This document shows positions 39,415 through 49,034 of a stretch of DNA of 64,000 bases, in pieces (the first letter of the stretch is position 1; the number at the start of each line of letters is the position of its first letter). The stretch spans positions 799-64,798 of the forward strand of contig CAZSJW010000006.1 in assembly GCA_964607285.1 (NCBI GenBank), read 5' to 3'. The notes under the pieces are model-generated. The model did no database searches. It was not told the DNA's origin and saw only the letters and a list, made by a program, of their open reading frames with translations. The translations under genes were made by a program, and so were the position numbers. Source of the stretch: an uncultured Pseudomonadales bacterium. GTDB taxonomy: Bacteria > Patescibacteriota > Microgenomatia > UBA1400 > PJMF01.

Positions 39415-41583
39415 TTAAAACTGCAAAATTCCTCGCCCATCTACAGCCCAAGCTTCACTGCGAGTCACTAAGACTGGATTAATCTCAAACTCTTGTAATT
39501 CAGGTACTGCCAAACAGACCTCAGCAAGGTGGACAACTAACTGAACCAATTTTCCAATTGCCATTCTATTACTTCCTCGGTATCCCGCCAGCAAAGGGTA
39601 GATTTTTGAGGATTCAATTAACTGTTTGGCATGATTCGGATCAACTGTTAGCAAACGCAAGTTTTGCTCATGAATCAATTCTGCCAACACTCCTCCTGCA
39701 CCAAGCATCAGCACTGGGCCAAAGGTAGCATCACGCTTCATGCCAAGAATGACTTCGACACCTCCCTCTACTTGTTTCTGTACCTCCACCATGCCTGAAG
39801 TGCGAACTTCACGCCCCAACCCTTCCATAATACGTTCCAGTTGCCAGTATGCACTTACAAGCTCCTGCTGTGAGCGAATACCTGTGATAACTCCACCAAC
39901 ATCAGACTTATGCAGAACATGGGGTGAACTAACTTTCAGAACTACTGGAAAGTGGTGTGCATTGACGAACTGCTGCACTTCTTCCAGAGATTTTGCGACA
40001 ATAGCTGGTGGTTGCACAATACCAACCGTACTAAACAAGCGCTGCACTGCGTCTCCATTCAGTACGGTTTGCTTCTGACGTTTGAGCTCTGCAATAATTG
40101 TTTTGAGTCCCGCTCTTTTGCGCTGGGTTAAAACGCTAGTACTGCCAGTGCCAATCTTTGTAGTAACCATCCCTCTTCGCTGTTTCCTTTGCCACTGCCG
40201 CCACCACCACAGTCTGCCGAGAGCCCATATTGCCCTTTCAGGATACCGAAACGAAACTATCTCATGCTCAGAGAGCACTCTCTCACCTCTAGCTATCTGG
40301 CTTCCACCCATGAACGAACAAAGAATTGGTTGGCGATACTCAGCTGACAGCTTGGCAATCACCGCAGCGGTTTCCTCAATTTGTGTCATCACTTGTGGGG
40401 TCAGCAACACCACAACAGCATCCACTGCAGGATCGGTGAGTACTAACTCCAATGCCCGTGCATATCTGTCAGCCAAAGCGTCTCCCAGAACATCTACAGG
40501 ATTGTGAAAACTGGCTGCACGGGGTAACTGCTCTTCTAACTTTCTGCGCGTTGTAGCAGAAAGTTCAGCCAGTGTAAGACCTTCTGCAATAACCCTATCA
40601 CTTGTGAGCACAGCAGGCCCTCCTGCATTTGAAACTATTGCTACTCGCTTCCCTGTTGGAGCTTTAGTCCATGCAGTGGTGCGGATTAGATCAAATACAT
40701 CCTCAATGCCTTGACATTGAATTACCCCTGCTTCAGATAATGCTTGTTCCATCACTACATGATCTCCAGCCATCGCACCCGTGTGTGACTGCATAGCAGC
40801 CTTAGCTGCATCAGATTGACCTGGTTTGAGAACAAAGACAGGATCAGTCAGTGCCAGCTGCCGTGCAGTGGCTAAGAAACTACTACCATCTACTATTGAC
40901 TCAAGATACATGCCTATTGGATCATATCCCTTTCGTTTTTGCGTCTCGGTGCGGTTTGCACGCTCTCGCAACCAGTACTGCAATACCATACTCTCAGTCA
41001 CTACTGCCTTATTTCCCAGCGTAACGAACTCTGCAAATCCTAATTTTGTATAGTCTGCCCAGTCAAAAATACTTGTAGCAATTGCTCCCGACTGTGACAT
41101 AAAACGCAGTGTCCCTGGTCTACGTGTGAGTTGCCCAAAAGTAGCATTAAGCGCGTGCGCTTCATGAACAAACCCCAAACAATTTGGTCCAAGCAGAGCG
41201 ATGCCAAATGTTTCTGCGATTTCAGCAAGCTCAGCTTCAAGCAAGGCACCTTTTTCTCCTGTTTCCTTAAAACCTGCAGATAACACCACGCAGGCCTTTG
41301 TTCCAGCCATACCTATTGCACGCAAAGCATCTGCTACAGCAGCAGCGGGTATCGCTATGATTGCTAATTCTGGAGTTTCAGGTAGATCAGAGTACTGTTT
41401 GTATGCTTGCAGACCGCGAATTGCACCACCATGAGGATTGACAGGATAGACAGGTCCCGCAAACCCAGAGTCTACAATGTTACGAACTAGAATGTTTCCC
41501 AATTTTTTTGGATCTGCAGATGCGCCAACAACCGCAATAGAATGAGGAGTAAACAATTGGTCAAGGGCAGATTGACGAAACAT
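39415..41583 (-). CDS. Acetate--CoA ligase (ADP-forming), alpha-beta fusion
   Basis: SIAVVGAS, VLSAGFKE, GPNCLG, SQSGA, AMQSHTGAMAG (phospho-His), SNAGGP, NPVDVLGDA, HKSDVGGV, EINP. Confidence 0.93.
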   Translation of the reverse strand: MFRQSALDQLFTPHSIAVVGASADPKKLGNILVRNIVDSGFAGPVYPVNPHGGAIRGLQAYKQYSDLPETPELAIIAIPAAAVADALRAIGMAGTKACVVLSAGFKETGEKGALLEAELAEIAETFGIALLGPNCLGFVHEAHALNATFGQLTRRPGTLRFMSQSGAIATSIFDWADYTKLGFAEFVTLGNKAVVTESMVLQYWLRERANRTETQKRKGYDPIGMYLESIVDGSSFLATARQLALTDPVFVLKPGQSDAAKAAMQSHTGAMAGDHVVMEQALSEAGVIQCQGIEDVFDLIRTTAWTKAPTGKRVAIVSNAGGPAVLTSDRVIAEGLTLAELSATTRRKLEEQLPRAASFHNPVDVLGDALADRYARALELVLTDPAVDAVVVLLTPQVMTQIEETAAVIAKLSAEYRQPILCSFMGGSQIARGERVLSEHEIVSFRYPERAIWALGRLWWWRQWQRKQRRGMVTTKIGTGSTSVLTQRKRAGLKTIIAELKRQKQTVLNGDAVQRLFSTVGIVQPPAIVAKSLEEVQQFVNAHHFPVVLKVSSPHVLHKSDVGGVITGIRSQQELVSAYWQLERIMEGLGREVRTSGMVEVQKQVEGGVEVILGMKRDATFGPVLMLGAGGVLAELIHEQNLRLLTVDPNHAKQLIESSKIYPLLAGYRGSNRMAIGKLVQLVVHLAEVCLAVPELQEFEINPVLVTRSEAWAVDGRGILQF

Positions 41584-41649
41584 AGTGATCTTCTTGCTTT
41601 CAGTATATGCAGGAACAACTTACTTGTCTAGAAGCCTAACCTAAGTTTG

Positions 41650-41666
41650 TGCTACACTCTGTAGTA
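41650..41666. promoter_or_regulatory. Putative BlaI-family operator overlapping the blaI -10 element
   Basis: TGCTAC-actct-GTAGTA immediately before ATG 41667; overlaps the extended -10 TGCTACACT. Confidence 0.65.
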
Positions 41667-42047
41667 ATGAATAAATCCAATACAGTAGGTCCTCTTGAGC
41701 AACACATACTTGAGTTAGTTTGGCAGCATCCGAACACAACTGGTAGAGCACTCCACACTCTTGCAAACAGTGAACAAAAGCATGCGTATACTACAGTGAT
41801 GACAGTGTTGAATCGACTTGTGGAAAAAGGCATTGTGGATAGAACCAAAAATGGTCGAACGTTTACTTACCACCCTGTACACACACAAAGGCAGTTCATA
41901 CATGAAACAGTCCAAAGTGCAATTCGCTCTTTGGTAAATCGATTTGGTGATGAAGCAATAACTGCATTTATTTTCGAGAGTCATAAACTCTCTCATGCTG
42001 ACCGTACCAAGTTGCTCAAGCAGCTACAAAATTCCGATTGCGAATAG
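41667..42047 (+). CDS. BlaI/MecI/CopY family repressor
   Basis: GPLEQHILELVW, AYTTVMTVLNRLVEKGIVDRTKNGRTFTY. Confidence 0.92.
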   Translation: MNKSNTVGPLEQHILELVWQHPNTTGRALHTLANSEQKHAYTTVMTVLNRLVEKGIVDRTKNGRTFTYHPVHTQRQFIHETVQSAIRSLVNRFGDEAITAFIFESHKLSHADRTKLLKQLQNSDCE

Positions 42048-42067
42048 TTGTACAGAGGATTTTCTAG

Positions 42068-42955
42068 ATGGAAATACTGTCACCTTCTCTTACTAGCTGT
42101 CAATATGTAGCTGGACAGCTGCTAGAAACATCAGCTAGGTCTCCGCTTAGTTACTTGTCGCTGATACCACTTCTGCTGCTACTAAAAATTCTGCTGTCAC
42201 TGTTTGCCCAGCGGTTGAAGTTTACAGAGACCAGAACTACCTCTGCTACAATACCCGTAAAGCTAGTCCGTTTACTTGAAAAACACCAAGTGCCTGTTTC
42301 TCGTATCGTTCTAACTGAAACAAATCAATTTGAAGCGTATGTCTTAGGCATTGTACAGCCAAGTATTGTGCTCTCAAGACAACTAGTGAAATCTCTCTCT
42401 CCGAAACAACTTGAAGCTGTTGTGCTTCATGAGTTATATCACTTCCATAATTACCACCCATTGTTGTTCTTACTCAGCTCTGCCTGCAGCTCAGTCTGTT
42501 GGTTTTTACCGACAATAACTGAATTAAGCGAGCTCATTCAGGAACGCTGTGAATTAGCAGCAGACAGTTTTTCTGTCACAACGCAGGGTACAAAACGGTA
42601 TCTTGTTCAAGCACTCAGGGTTTGCTTACTACAACCAATACCAAGACAAACCCTACAGTGGCAATTAGTTTCTACGCCCAGTCTTTACAAACAGCTGCTC
42701 CAAGAAAGAATAAATTCTCTTTCAGATATGCAACCAATTCAAAAACAACACTTCCAGTACAAAAATATTCTAGTATCAACTGCAGTGCTCGTGTTACTAC
42801 TTGGGCTTGCGCTTATAAAACCGACAGACTCTATTGCTGCTCAAGCACCAAATAAGTGCACATTTGCAGAGTGCGTTGCTCAATGCGTTTCTGAACGACT
42901 AGGAAATAGCCGACAATACAGTCCAGGTCTTTACAGTCCCGCAGACGTAGAGTAG
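42068..42955 (+). CDS. M56 (BlaR1-type) membrane zinc metallopeptidase without a penicillin-binding sensor domain
   Basis: AYVLGIVQPSIVLS, QLEAVVLHELYH (HExxH), ELAAD, ERI; C-terminal TM and Cys-rich tail. Confidence 0.88.
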   Translation: MEILSPSLTSCQYVAGQLLETSARSPLSYLSLIPLLLLLKILLSLFAQRLKFTETRTTSATIPVKLVRLLEKHQVPVSRIVLTETNQFEAYVLGIVQPSIVLSRQLVKSLSPKQLEAVVLHELYHFHNYHPLLFLLSSACSSVCWFLPTITELSELIQERCELAADSFSVTTQGTKRYLVQALRVCLLQPIPRQTLQWQLVSTPSLYKQLLQERINSLSDMQPIQKQHFQYKNILVSTAVLVLLLGLALIKPTDSIAAQAPNKCTFAECVAQCVSERLGNSRQYSPGLYSPADVE

Positions 42956-42989
42956 GCTATCTCAAAACTAGAACTGTTGTATTGCCCTA

Positions 42990-43030
42990 TTGACAGCACT
43001 GTTTGTTTTCTACTACACTTCGTAGTAGAA
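42990..43030 (+). promoter_or_regulatory. dsbA promoter with an overlapping perfect palindromic operator
   Basis: TTGACA (42990) -18 nt- TACACT (43014); palindrome TTCTACTAC-acttc-GTAGTAGAA at 43008-43030. Confidence 0.75.
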
Positions 43031-43070
43031 AACAGTACTACTTACATGTACCCATAAGAAAGGATTTAAC

Positions 43071-43841
43071 ATGTCTGAATCAAAACCATTTTCGCTCCAA
43101 CGATTGTTGCAGCTTGTCAACGATAACTTTGTGGCAATTTTAATTGCCGCAGTCGTCTTCGGAGGTGGCTTCTACGTCGGTTCCATATGGACTGAGAACC
43201 AAATGCTCAAAAAAGGTACTGCAGGCACAGGGGTCGCAGCTCCTACTGCAGCAGACCCTAACGCACCAACAGGCCCAACTGCTGAGCAACTAGCAGCAAT
43301 GCCAGAAGTCTCAGACGAAGACTTTGTTCGTGGCAATGAAGATGCAAAAATCACATTAGTCGAGTACTCAGACCTAGAGTGTCCATTCTGTCAGCGCTTC
43401 CACCCAACCATGCTCCAAGTCATGGAAGATTACGGCGATGACGTGAATTGGGTATTCCGTCACTATCCATTACCATTCCACTCCTTTGCCCAAAAAGCAT
43501 CTGAAGCCGCAGAATGTGCTGGCAAAAGTGGTGGCAATGACGCTTTCTGGAAGTTCATCGACCTCTACTACGAGAAAACTCGTGCAGATGGAACTGGATT
43601 CCCACAGGAAGACCTCGCATCCTTGGCAGCAGAAGCTGGTGCCACCGAAGCTGCTGTCCAAAAATGCCTAGATGACGGCGAGATGGCCGAAAAAGTCAAA
43701 GATCAAATGGCAAAAGGTAGCGCAGCTGGTGTCTCAGGAACTCCTGGAACCATTATCGTGACCGAAGATGGCCCACAAGAAATCATCCCAGGTGCATTGC
43801 CAATCGAGCAAGTCAAACCGCTCATTGAGAAGTATCTGTAA
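43071..43841 (+). CDS. Membrane-anchored DsbA-family thiol-disulfide oxidoreductase
   Basis: TM; EYSDLECPFCQRFH, FRHYPL, cis-Pro GVSGTPG; SD AAGGA. Confidence 0.93.
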   Translation: MSESKPFSLQRLLQLVNDNFVAILIAAVVFGGGFYVGSIWTENQMLKKGTAGTGVAAPTAADPNAPTGPTAEQLAAMPEVSDEDFVRGNEDAKITLVEYSDLECPFCQRFHPTMLQVMEDYGDDVNWVFRHYPLPFHSFAQKASEAAECAGKSGGNDAFWKFIDLYYEKTRADGTGFPQEDLASLAAEAGATEAAVQKCLDDGEMAEKVKDQMAKGSAAGVSGTPGTIIVTEDGPQEIIPGALPIEQVKPLIEKYL

Positions 43842-43859
43842 TAGGAAATTCCTAAAATT

Positions 43860-43899
43860 GGACGGGTGGATTCGATATCGAACACCCGTCCTTTTTGTT
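43860..43899 (+). terminator. Rho-independent terminator of dsbA
   Basis: GGACGGGTG...CACCCGTCC stem (inner TTCGAT/ATCGAA) followed by TTTTTGTT. Confidence 0.85.
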
Positions 43900-43934
43900 A
43901 TCACAGCACAACACTAGCCAGAAAAATTCTGGTG

Positions 43935-44366
43935 TTATTTTCTGAAGTAGACACTGATTAGTAAGCCACCAACAGCAATAGCTATACCCAATACTTGCAT
44001 TGGATGCATTCGCTCCTGCCAGATTACCCAGCCAAAAAGTATGCCATATAAAATAAGTGACACATAGAAAATTGGGGTAAAAAGTGATTGTGATGCTCCC
44101 ATGCTGTAGGCTTTGATAATACCCAAGTTTCCCAACGCAATCAGAGTACCAATACCAAGTACGATTGGGATGGTTTTAGTTTGCACGGAAAAAGATGAGT
44201 TTGGCGATAAGCTGATATGTAACAAAAACATGCAGACCGCACCCACAAGCGCTGCATAAAAGTTGACTAAAAAAGGCGAAATGTCTTTGGGCAAAAGCTT
44301 AGTCAGCGTTTGATACGAGACAAAAAATAGTGGGGTGGTTACTGCTAGTATTTTCCAATCTATCAT
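43935..44366 (-). CDS. EamA/DMT family small transporter
   Basis: Five hydrophobic segments; IWQERMHPMQVLGIAIAVGG. Confidence 0.8.
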   Translation of the reverse strand: MIDWKILAVTTPLFFVSYQTLTKLLPKDISPFLVNFYAALVGAVCMFLLHISLSPNSSFSVQTKTIPIVLGIGTLIALGNLGIIKAYSMGASQSLFTPIFYVSLILYGILFGWVIWQERMHPMQVLGIAIAVGGLLISVYFRK

Positions 44367-44467
44367 CTGTATATGCTAGCACACTAATCGTGCGTGTAAT
44401 TCTAGATTCCTACGAACTGTCGCGATATACTCACATGCGTATCACAAAGTTTCCCATAAAGGACTAT

Positions 44468-44623
44468 ATGCCATTTACCGTCACTAAGTACCCCCTAGGT
44501 ACATTTTGTTGGGCAGATGCAGTTTCAACTGACATCGGCGCTACCAAAAATTTTATGACTGGATTACAAGGTTGGGCTGGAAAAGATATGCCTACCTACC
44601 GATACTTCTTTTTTTGTGATTGA
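44468..44623 (+). pseudogene. Truncated VOC/glyoxalase-family gene (N-terminal fragment)
   Basis: MPFTVTKYPLGTFCWADAVSTDIGATKNFMTGLQGW..KDMPT resembles VOC N-termini; SD AAAGGA is present; the frame ends after ~51 aa. Confidence 0.65.
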
Positions 44624-44704
44624 GCTGAGTGTGCCCCCCGATGTGTGGGTTGACTAGATATTCGTTTGGTTGGTGTTGGGTAAACATGATACGCTAGCTG
44701 GTGC

Positions 44705-46195
44705 ATGCTAAGCCATTCATTCATCACGAAACTCTTTTGGGTGCTCCTACTAGTTGCTGCGGCACTTCTTTTCCGCACCATGTTCAGCCAATTCTTTTCC
44801 GCCGACGACTGGTTCCACATTCGCATCAGTTCGATTAATTCTGTGCAAGAGTTTGCCAACTTCTTTAGTTTCCAACAAACGGAGCAGTCGGCTGCGTTTT
44901 ATCGCCCGTTGCCAACACAGGTGTTTTTCTTTTTTATGTACGGGTTGTTTGGTTTGAATGCTGTGTGGTGGTATATAGTGGTTTTTGCAAGTTTTATAAC
45001 TAGTTTGTATGCGTTGTATGTACTTACTCGGCAGCTGAGCAACGCAATAACGGCACAAATTACCACCCTCCTCTACGCAATTTCCCACACCAACTCTACC
45101 CGGTTATACTTTCTCTCAGCCTATCAAGAAGTCCTACTTGTGCTGTTTTCTGTGCTGTCTGTCTATGGTTTTGCTAAGCGAAACAGTGTTAGATGGTACG
45201 CACTGAGTCTGATTTGTTTCTGGCTCGCACTCCTAAGTAAAGAAACTGCTGTGGTTATACCGGGGCTGTTTGGGTTGGTTCTACTTAGGGAAGTTGCACA
45301 GCTGAAATCATTTCAAATCAAATTACTGATTCAATCCTATCTTCAAACAACATGGCCCTTTCTGTTAAGTCTAGGTGAATATCTCATACTGCGCTTTACC
45401 GTGTTTGGTTTTTCTGCAACCAGCCATGACTCCTATCAACTTTCTTTCCAGCCAGCACAAATTGCCAACACCATCATGTGGTACGGACTTTGGGCAGTTG
45501 GCGCACCAGAAACGTTGGTGAACTATGTGGCGAATTTTCGAGTGCTGGATCGCTGGTGGGTGGATTTTCCTGCATTAGCCACTTTGACGCTTTCGTTCCT
45601 TGCAGCAAGCTTGCTTGGATTGGCAGTCTCTTTAATTTCTTTTGTGTCTAACATTCTTAGAAAAAAATCTAAGAAGTTACAATCCAACCTCCTGCTACTT
45701 GCCTTCGGATGCTGCTGGTTTGTGCTCAGCCTCTTGCCAGTCATGTTTTTCCCCAATCATAAGTTTGCACTTGAGCTTGGACTGCCGTTGGTGGGATTCT
45801 CGCTTATAGCAGCCATACTAATTGTTGAAAACCGCAGAGTAGGTTGGCTAGTACTAGCCGCCCTACTTGCACTCAATATCACAGCTACGCACCTAACCGC
45901 TACGACACACTACAGCGTGTTACGCTCTAAAACGTCACAGCGTGTCTATGAGTATTTCACTAAAAACTATCCTAACCTGCCCGACAATTCAATTATCAGC
46001 TTCATCAACGATCGTACTGATCTGCCCTCTAACTGGGGGGTTTCCAAACAAGTCAGTGAAAGCTTACAAGGTAGTGAGTTTTTTGCTGTGCTGTATCCAG
46101 ATAAATCAGTACTTGCAGAGTATGCTGATTTACCGCACACTAAATCAGCAGAATTGACGAATCTTACTGTCTGTTCTGCGCAATTTCTACCGTAA
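44705..46195 (+). CDS. GT-C-fold integral membrane glycosyltransferase-like protein
   Basis: FFSADDW loop, FYRPL, LALLSKETAVV, multiple TMs. Confidence 0.75.
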   Translation: MLSHSFITKLFWVLLLVAAALLFRTMFSQFFSADDWFHIRISSINSVQEFANFFSFQQTEQSAAFYRPLPTQVFFFFMYGLFGLNAVWWYIVVFASFITSLYALYVLTRQLSNAITAQITTLLYAISHTNSTRLYFLSAYQEVLLVLFSVLSVYGFAKRNSVRWYALSLICFWLALLSKETAVVIPGLFGLVLLREVAQLKSFQIKLLIQSYLQTTWPFLLSLGEYLILRFTVFGFSATSHDSYQLSFQPAQIANTIMWYGLWAVGAPETLVNYVANFRVLDRWWVDFPALATLTLSFLAASLLGLAVSLISFVSNILRKKSKKLQSNLLLLAFGCCWFVLSLLPVMFFPNHKFALELGLPLVGFSLIAAILIVENRRVGWLVLAALLALNITATHLTATTHYSVLRSKTSQRVYEYFTKNYPNLPDNSIISFINDRTDLPSNWGVSKQVSESLQGSEFFAVLYPDKSVLAEYADLPHTKSAELTNLTVCSAQFLP

Positions 46196-46202
46196 CGCAC
46201 GT

Positions 46203-47480
46203 ATGCTGCCCAATGTACGAAAGCGACTCAAATCGCTCTTAGGAACGCTCGGACCAGGATTCATAACTGGCGCTTCGGACGATGATCCCTCTGGAATTGC
46301 CACGTATGCGCAAACTGGCGCACAGTTTGGCTATGGCCAGCTGTGGACAGCGGCATTCACACTCCCCTTCACAATTCTGATTCAAGAAATCTGCGGTCGC
46401 ATTGGTATGGTGACTGGTAGCGGACTATCTAGACTTATCAAGAAAAACTACTCTAAGCCTGCGCTCTATTTGTGCGTTGGCTTGCTGCTCACTGCAAATG
46501 TTATCAATATCGGCGCAAACTTAGGCGCAATGGCTGAAGCTACGCAATTATTAGTAGCTCTCCCGTTCGTTCCACTCCTGCTTGGGTATACGATTGCCAC
46601 AGTGTTGTTACAAGTGTTTGTGGACTATAAACTGTATGTGCGGTTTTTGAAGTACTTAACAATAAGCTTGCTTGCATATATTGCAGTGGCTTTTATGGTC
46701 AAAATCGATTGGCACGCCGTGTGGACTGGTTTTACTCGACCTCAGCTGCAATGGTCAGAGTCATATTTATTTAACATAGTCGCAATTTTAGGCACAACCC
46801 TTTCGCCCTACTTATTTTTCTGGCAAACCTCCGAGGAAGTGGAAGAAGCGGTGTTAAAGCGCAAGATTCGCGAGATGGGCAACATGATTAAGTCCGTCAG
46901 TGGCAGAGAGATTCACCACATGCGTTTGGACACAATTTTGGGAATGACATTTTCCAATGCAATTATGTTTTTTATTATTCTAAGTGCTGGCAGTACATTG
47001 TTCCCTGCGGGTATTCACACGATTGAGACTGCTCCACAAGCAGCTGAGGCACTGCGTCCAATTGCGGGACCCCTAACATCGGTCATTTTCACATTGGGAA
47101 TTGTTGGCGCAGGTATGTTGTCCGTTCCAGTGCTGGCAGGTTCAGCTTCGTACGCGGTATCCGAAGTCTTTGGCTGGAAGGAAGGCTTGTTCAAAAAAGC
47201 AAATAAAGCACCTGCATTTTATGGCATCATCGCTGGTGCGTGTGCGATTGGGTTTTTGATCAACTTTACCAATATTAAACCGTTTACGATGCTGTACTAC
47301 ACTGCGGTACTAAATGGCTTGGCTGCTCCTGTGATTCTGTACTACATCATGCGAATTGCCAATAATAGCTCTATTATGGGGCGGCATACCAACTCATTGG
47401 TGAGTAATGTGTTTGGGTGGGGTATTACTGGGTTGATGGGGTTGGCTGGGGTGTTGCTGTTGGTGCAGTTGGTGGTGTAA
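46203..47480 (+). CDS. NRAMP-family divalent metal transporter
   Basis: LGPGFITGASDDDPSGIATY, QEICGRIG, GTTLSPYLFFWQ. Confidence 0.92.
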   Translation: MLPNVRKRLKSLLGTLGPGFITGASDDDPSGIATYAQTGAQFGYGQLWTAAFTLPFTILIQEICGRIGMVTGSGLSRLIKKNYSKPALYLCVGLLLTANVINIGANLGAMAEATQLLVALPFVPLLLGYTIATVLLQVFVDYKLYVRFLKYLTISLLAYIAVAFMVKIDWHAVWTGFTRPQLQWSESYLFNIVAILGTTLSPYLFFWQTSEEVEEAVLKRKIREMGNMIKSVSGREIHHMRLDTILGMTFSNAIMFFIILSAGSTLFPAGIHTIETAPQAAEALRPIAGPLTSVIFTLGIVGAGMLSVPVLAGSASYAVSEVFGWKEGLFKKANKAPAFYGIIAGACAIGFLINFTNIKPFTMLYYTAVLNGLAAPVILYYIMRIANNSSIMGRHTNSLVSNVFGWGITGLMGLAGVLLLVQLVV

Positions 47481-47503
47481 GACCACACTGATATAATGCT
47501 TGT

Positions 47504-47893
47504 ATGAAGCGTCGTCAACTTTCCGATAAAATTCTCTCTATGCTGGCAGATCGCCATTTGCTCAGTGCTCTGGATTTGGTACGATTGGTGGAAACGGACA
47601 CTACTGGCTACAACAAAACAAGCGTGTACCGTGCACTTGAAAAACTTTTGTCTACTGGTCAAGTCTGCAAACACACCTTTGGAGGTGCCGAAGCAGTATA
47701 CGAGCTAAGGGACCACCATCACGATCATTTATTTTGCACACACTGTGGTCGAATCACAGAGGCAGAGTGCCAAACAACAATTCCCAGTGAAATCAAGGGC
47801 TTTCAAGTTGAGCATCACCATTTGACGCTATATGGACTTTGTTATGATTGTTCGCTGACGCAAAGTGTGGGGACTGTGGGTACGGCTGGGTAA
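47504..47893 (+). CDS. Fur-family metalloregulator
   Basis: KTSVYRAL, HHHDHLFCTHCG, LYGLCYDC; TGATATAAT 6 nt upstream of the ATG. Confidence 0.9.
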   Translation: MKRRQLSDKILSMLADRHLLSALDLVRLVETDTTGYNKTSVYRALEKLLSTGQVCKHTFGGAEAVYELRDHHHDHLFCTHCGRITEAECQTTIPSEIKGFQVEHHHLTLYGLCYDCSLTQSVGTVGTAG

Positions 47894-47902
47894 AGTCTTA
47901 TT

Positions 47903-48292
47903 TCAACTAGAGATTTTACTCCAATCTTTACTCAGTGCATAAAAATAAAATAAACCCAAAACCAAATAAAAAAGTGAGGTTATAGTTCCTGGAAAGTAAC
48001 TCAGAGCAACAATAGATCTAACAAAATGGTGTGTTTCTGAAACGAAAATCCACCCATAACCTGCAAGACAATATTTAAATAATTGCTTAAATTTGTGCGA
48101 GAGGAAGAATAGTGTTATAAAGAAATATATGGGTATGTGGGATGCAAAATAGATAGCACTGCTAGTAGTTTCAAAGTAACTATCGAATGATTGAAAACCA
48201 AACTTGTAGTATCCACTAAGCACCACTTCTACCATGTGAGCAACGTTGAGAAAAAGTGATGTAACAATGATGTTCCATAATCTTTTAGACAT
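47903..48292 (-). CDS. HXXEE-like small membrane protein
   Basis: AHMVEV, ETHHF..SI..LSYFPGTITS; AT-rich; start taken at ATG 48292. Confidence 0.65.
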   Translation of the reverse strand: MSKRLWNIIVTSLFLNVAHMVEVVLSGYYKFGFQSFDSYFETTSSAIYFASHIPIYFFITLFFLSHKFKQLFKYCLAGYGWIFVSETHHFVRSIVALSYFPGTITSLFYLVLGLFYFYALSKDWSKISS

Positions 48293-48463
48293 GAACTTAT
48301 TGTAGCAGTTCAAACTTATACTGTGATGGTCTAGTGTTCATATTAAGGCCCAAAGCATGAGTGGTATTTTCAAGAAAATATTAATACAAGTGTTTTGGAT
48401 AAAACCTAAGAATAGTTTTGACCAATCAAATCTCGCCAAAATTGTGCCATTATTCCTGCCAAA

Positions 48464-49024
48464 TTATCTTCGTCCAGACAACTGCTTATACGAATAGTAC
48501 CGATCAGGCTGCTTCATATAAAACTGCTGATGATAATCCTCTGCAGGAAAAAAATTGCTGAAGTTCTCGATTCGTGTTGCAGCATCCAAACCTTCAGACA
48601 GCGAACTCTGCAGCAACCGCTTCGATTCCACCGCCACGCCACGTTGCTCTGCATCATGTACGAAAATCGCAGTCGTGTACTGAAACCCCCGATCCGCAAA
48701 CTGACCACCTGGGTCGGTGACATCGATTTGCAGCCAAAAAATGTCCAAAATTTCCGAGTATGTGATAACAGATGGATCAAAAAAAACTTGTACCGATTCT
48801 CTGTGTCCCGTAACACTAGTTATTACTTGCTCGTATGTTGGATACGTTCTTTTCCCACCAGCATAGCCAGCAATCGTGCCAAATACACCTTTGCGCTGCT
48901 CAAATGGCGCTTGCAAACACCAGAAGCAACCACCCGCTAGCGTGGCGATAGCCGCACCAGGTTTGGATTGCAGCTCTAGTAGTTTTGTGTCTGCATCTTG
49001 GAATTCTGTTCGGGACTGCTGCAT
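48464..49024 (-). CDS. msrA: Peptide-methionine (S)-S-oxide reductase
   Basis: AGGCFWC, GYAGG, PTYEQV, GHRESV, GQFADRG.QY, AEDYHQ; start taken at ATG 49024. Confidence 0.93.
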   Translation of the reverse strand: MQQSRTEFQDADTKLLELQSKPGAAIATLAGGCFWCLQAPFEQRKGVFGTIAGYAGGKRTYPTYEQVITSVTGHRESVQVFFDPSVITYSEILDIFWLQIDVTDPGGQFADRGFQYTTAIFVHDAEQRGVAVESKRLLQSSLSEGLDAATRIENFSNFFPAEDYHQQFYMKQPDRYYSYKQLSGRR

Positions 49025-49034
49025 ATGTAGAACT

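Noticed and set aside
47415-47451. Five G-runs forming a G-quadruplex-like motif upstream of the fur promoter
   Set aside because: Explained by Gly/Trp/Val codons of the last NRAMP TM helix (FGWGITGLMGLAGV); no independent support.
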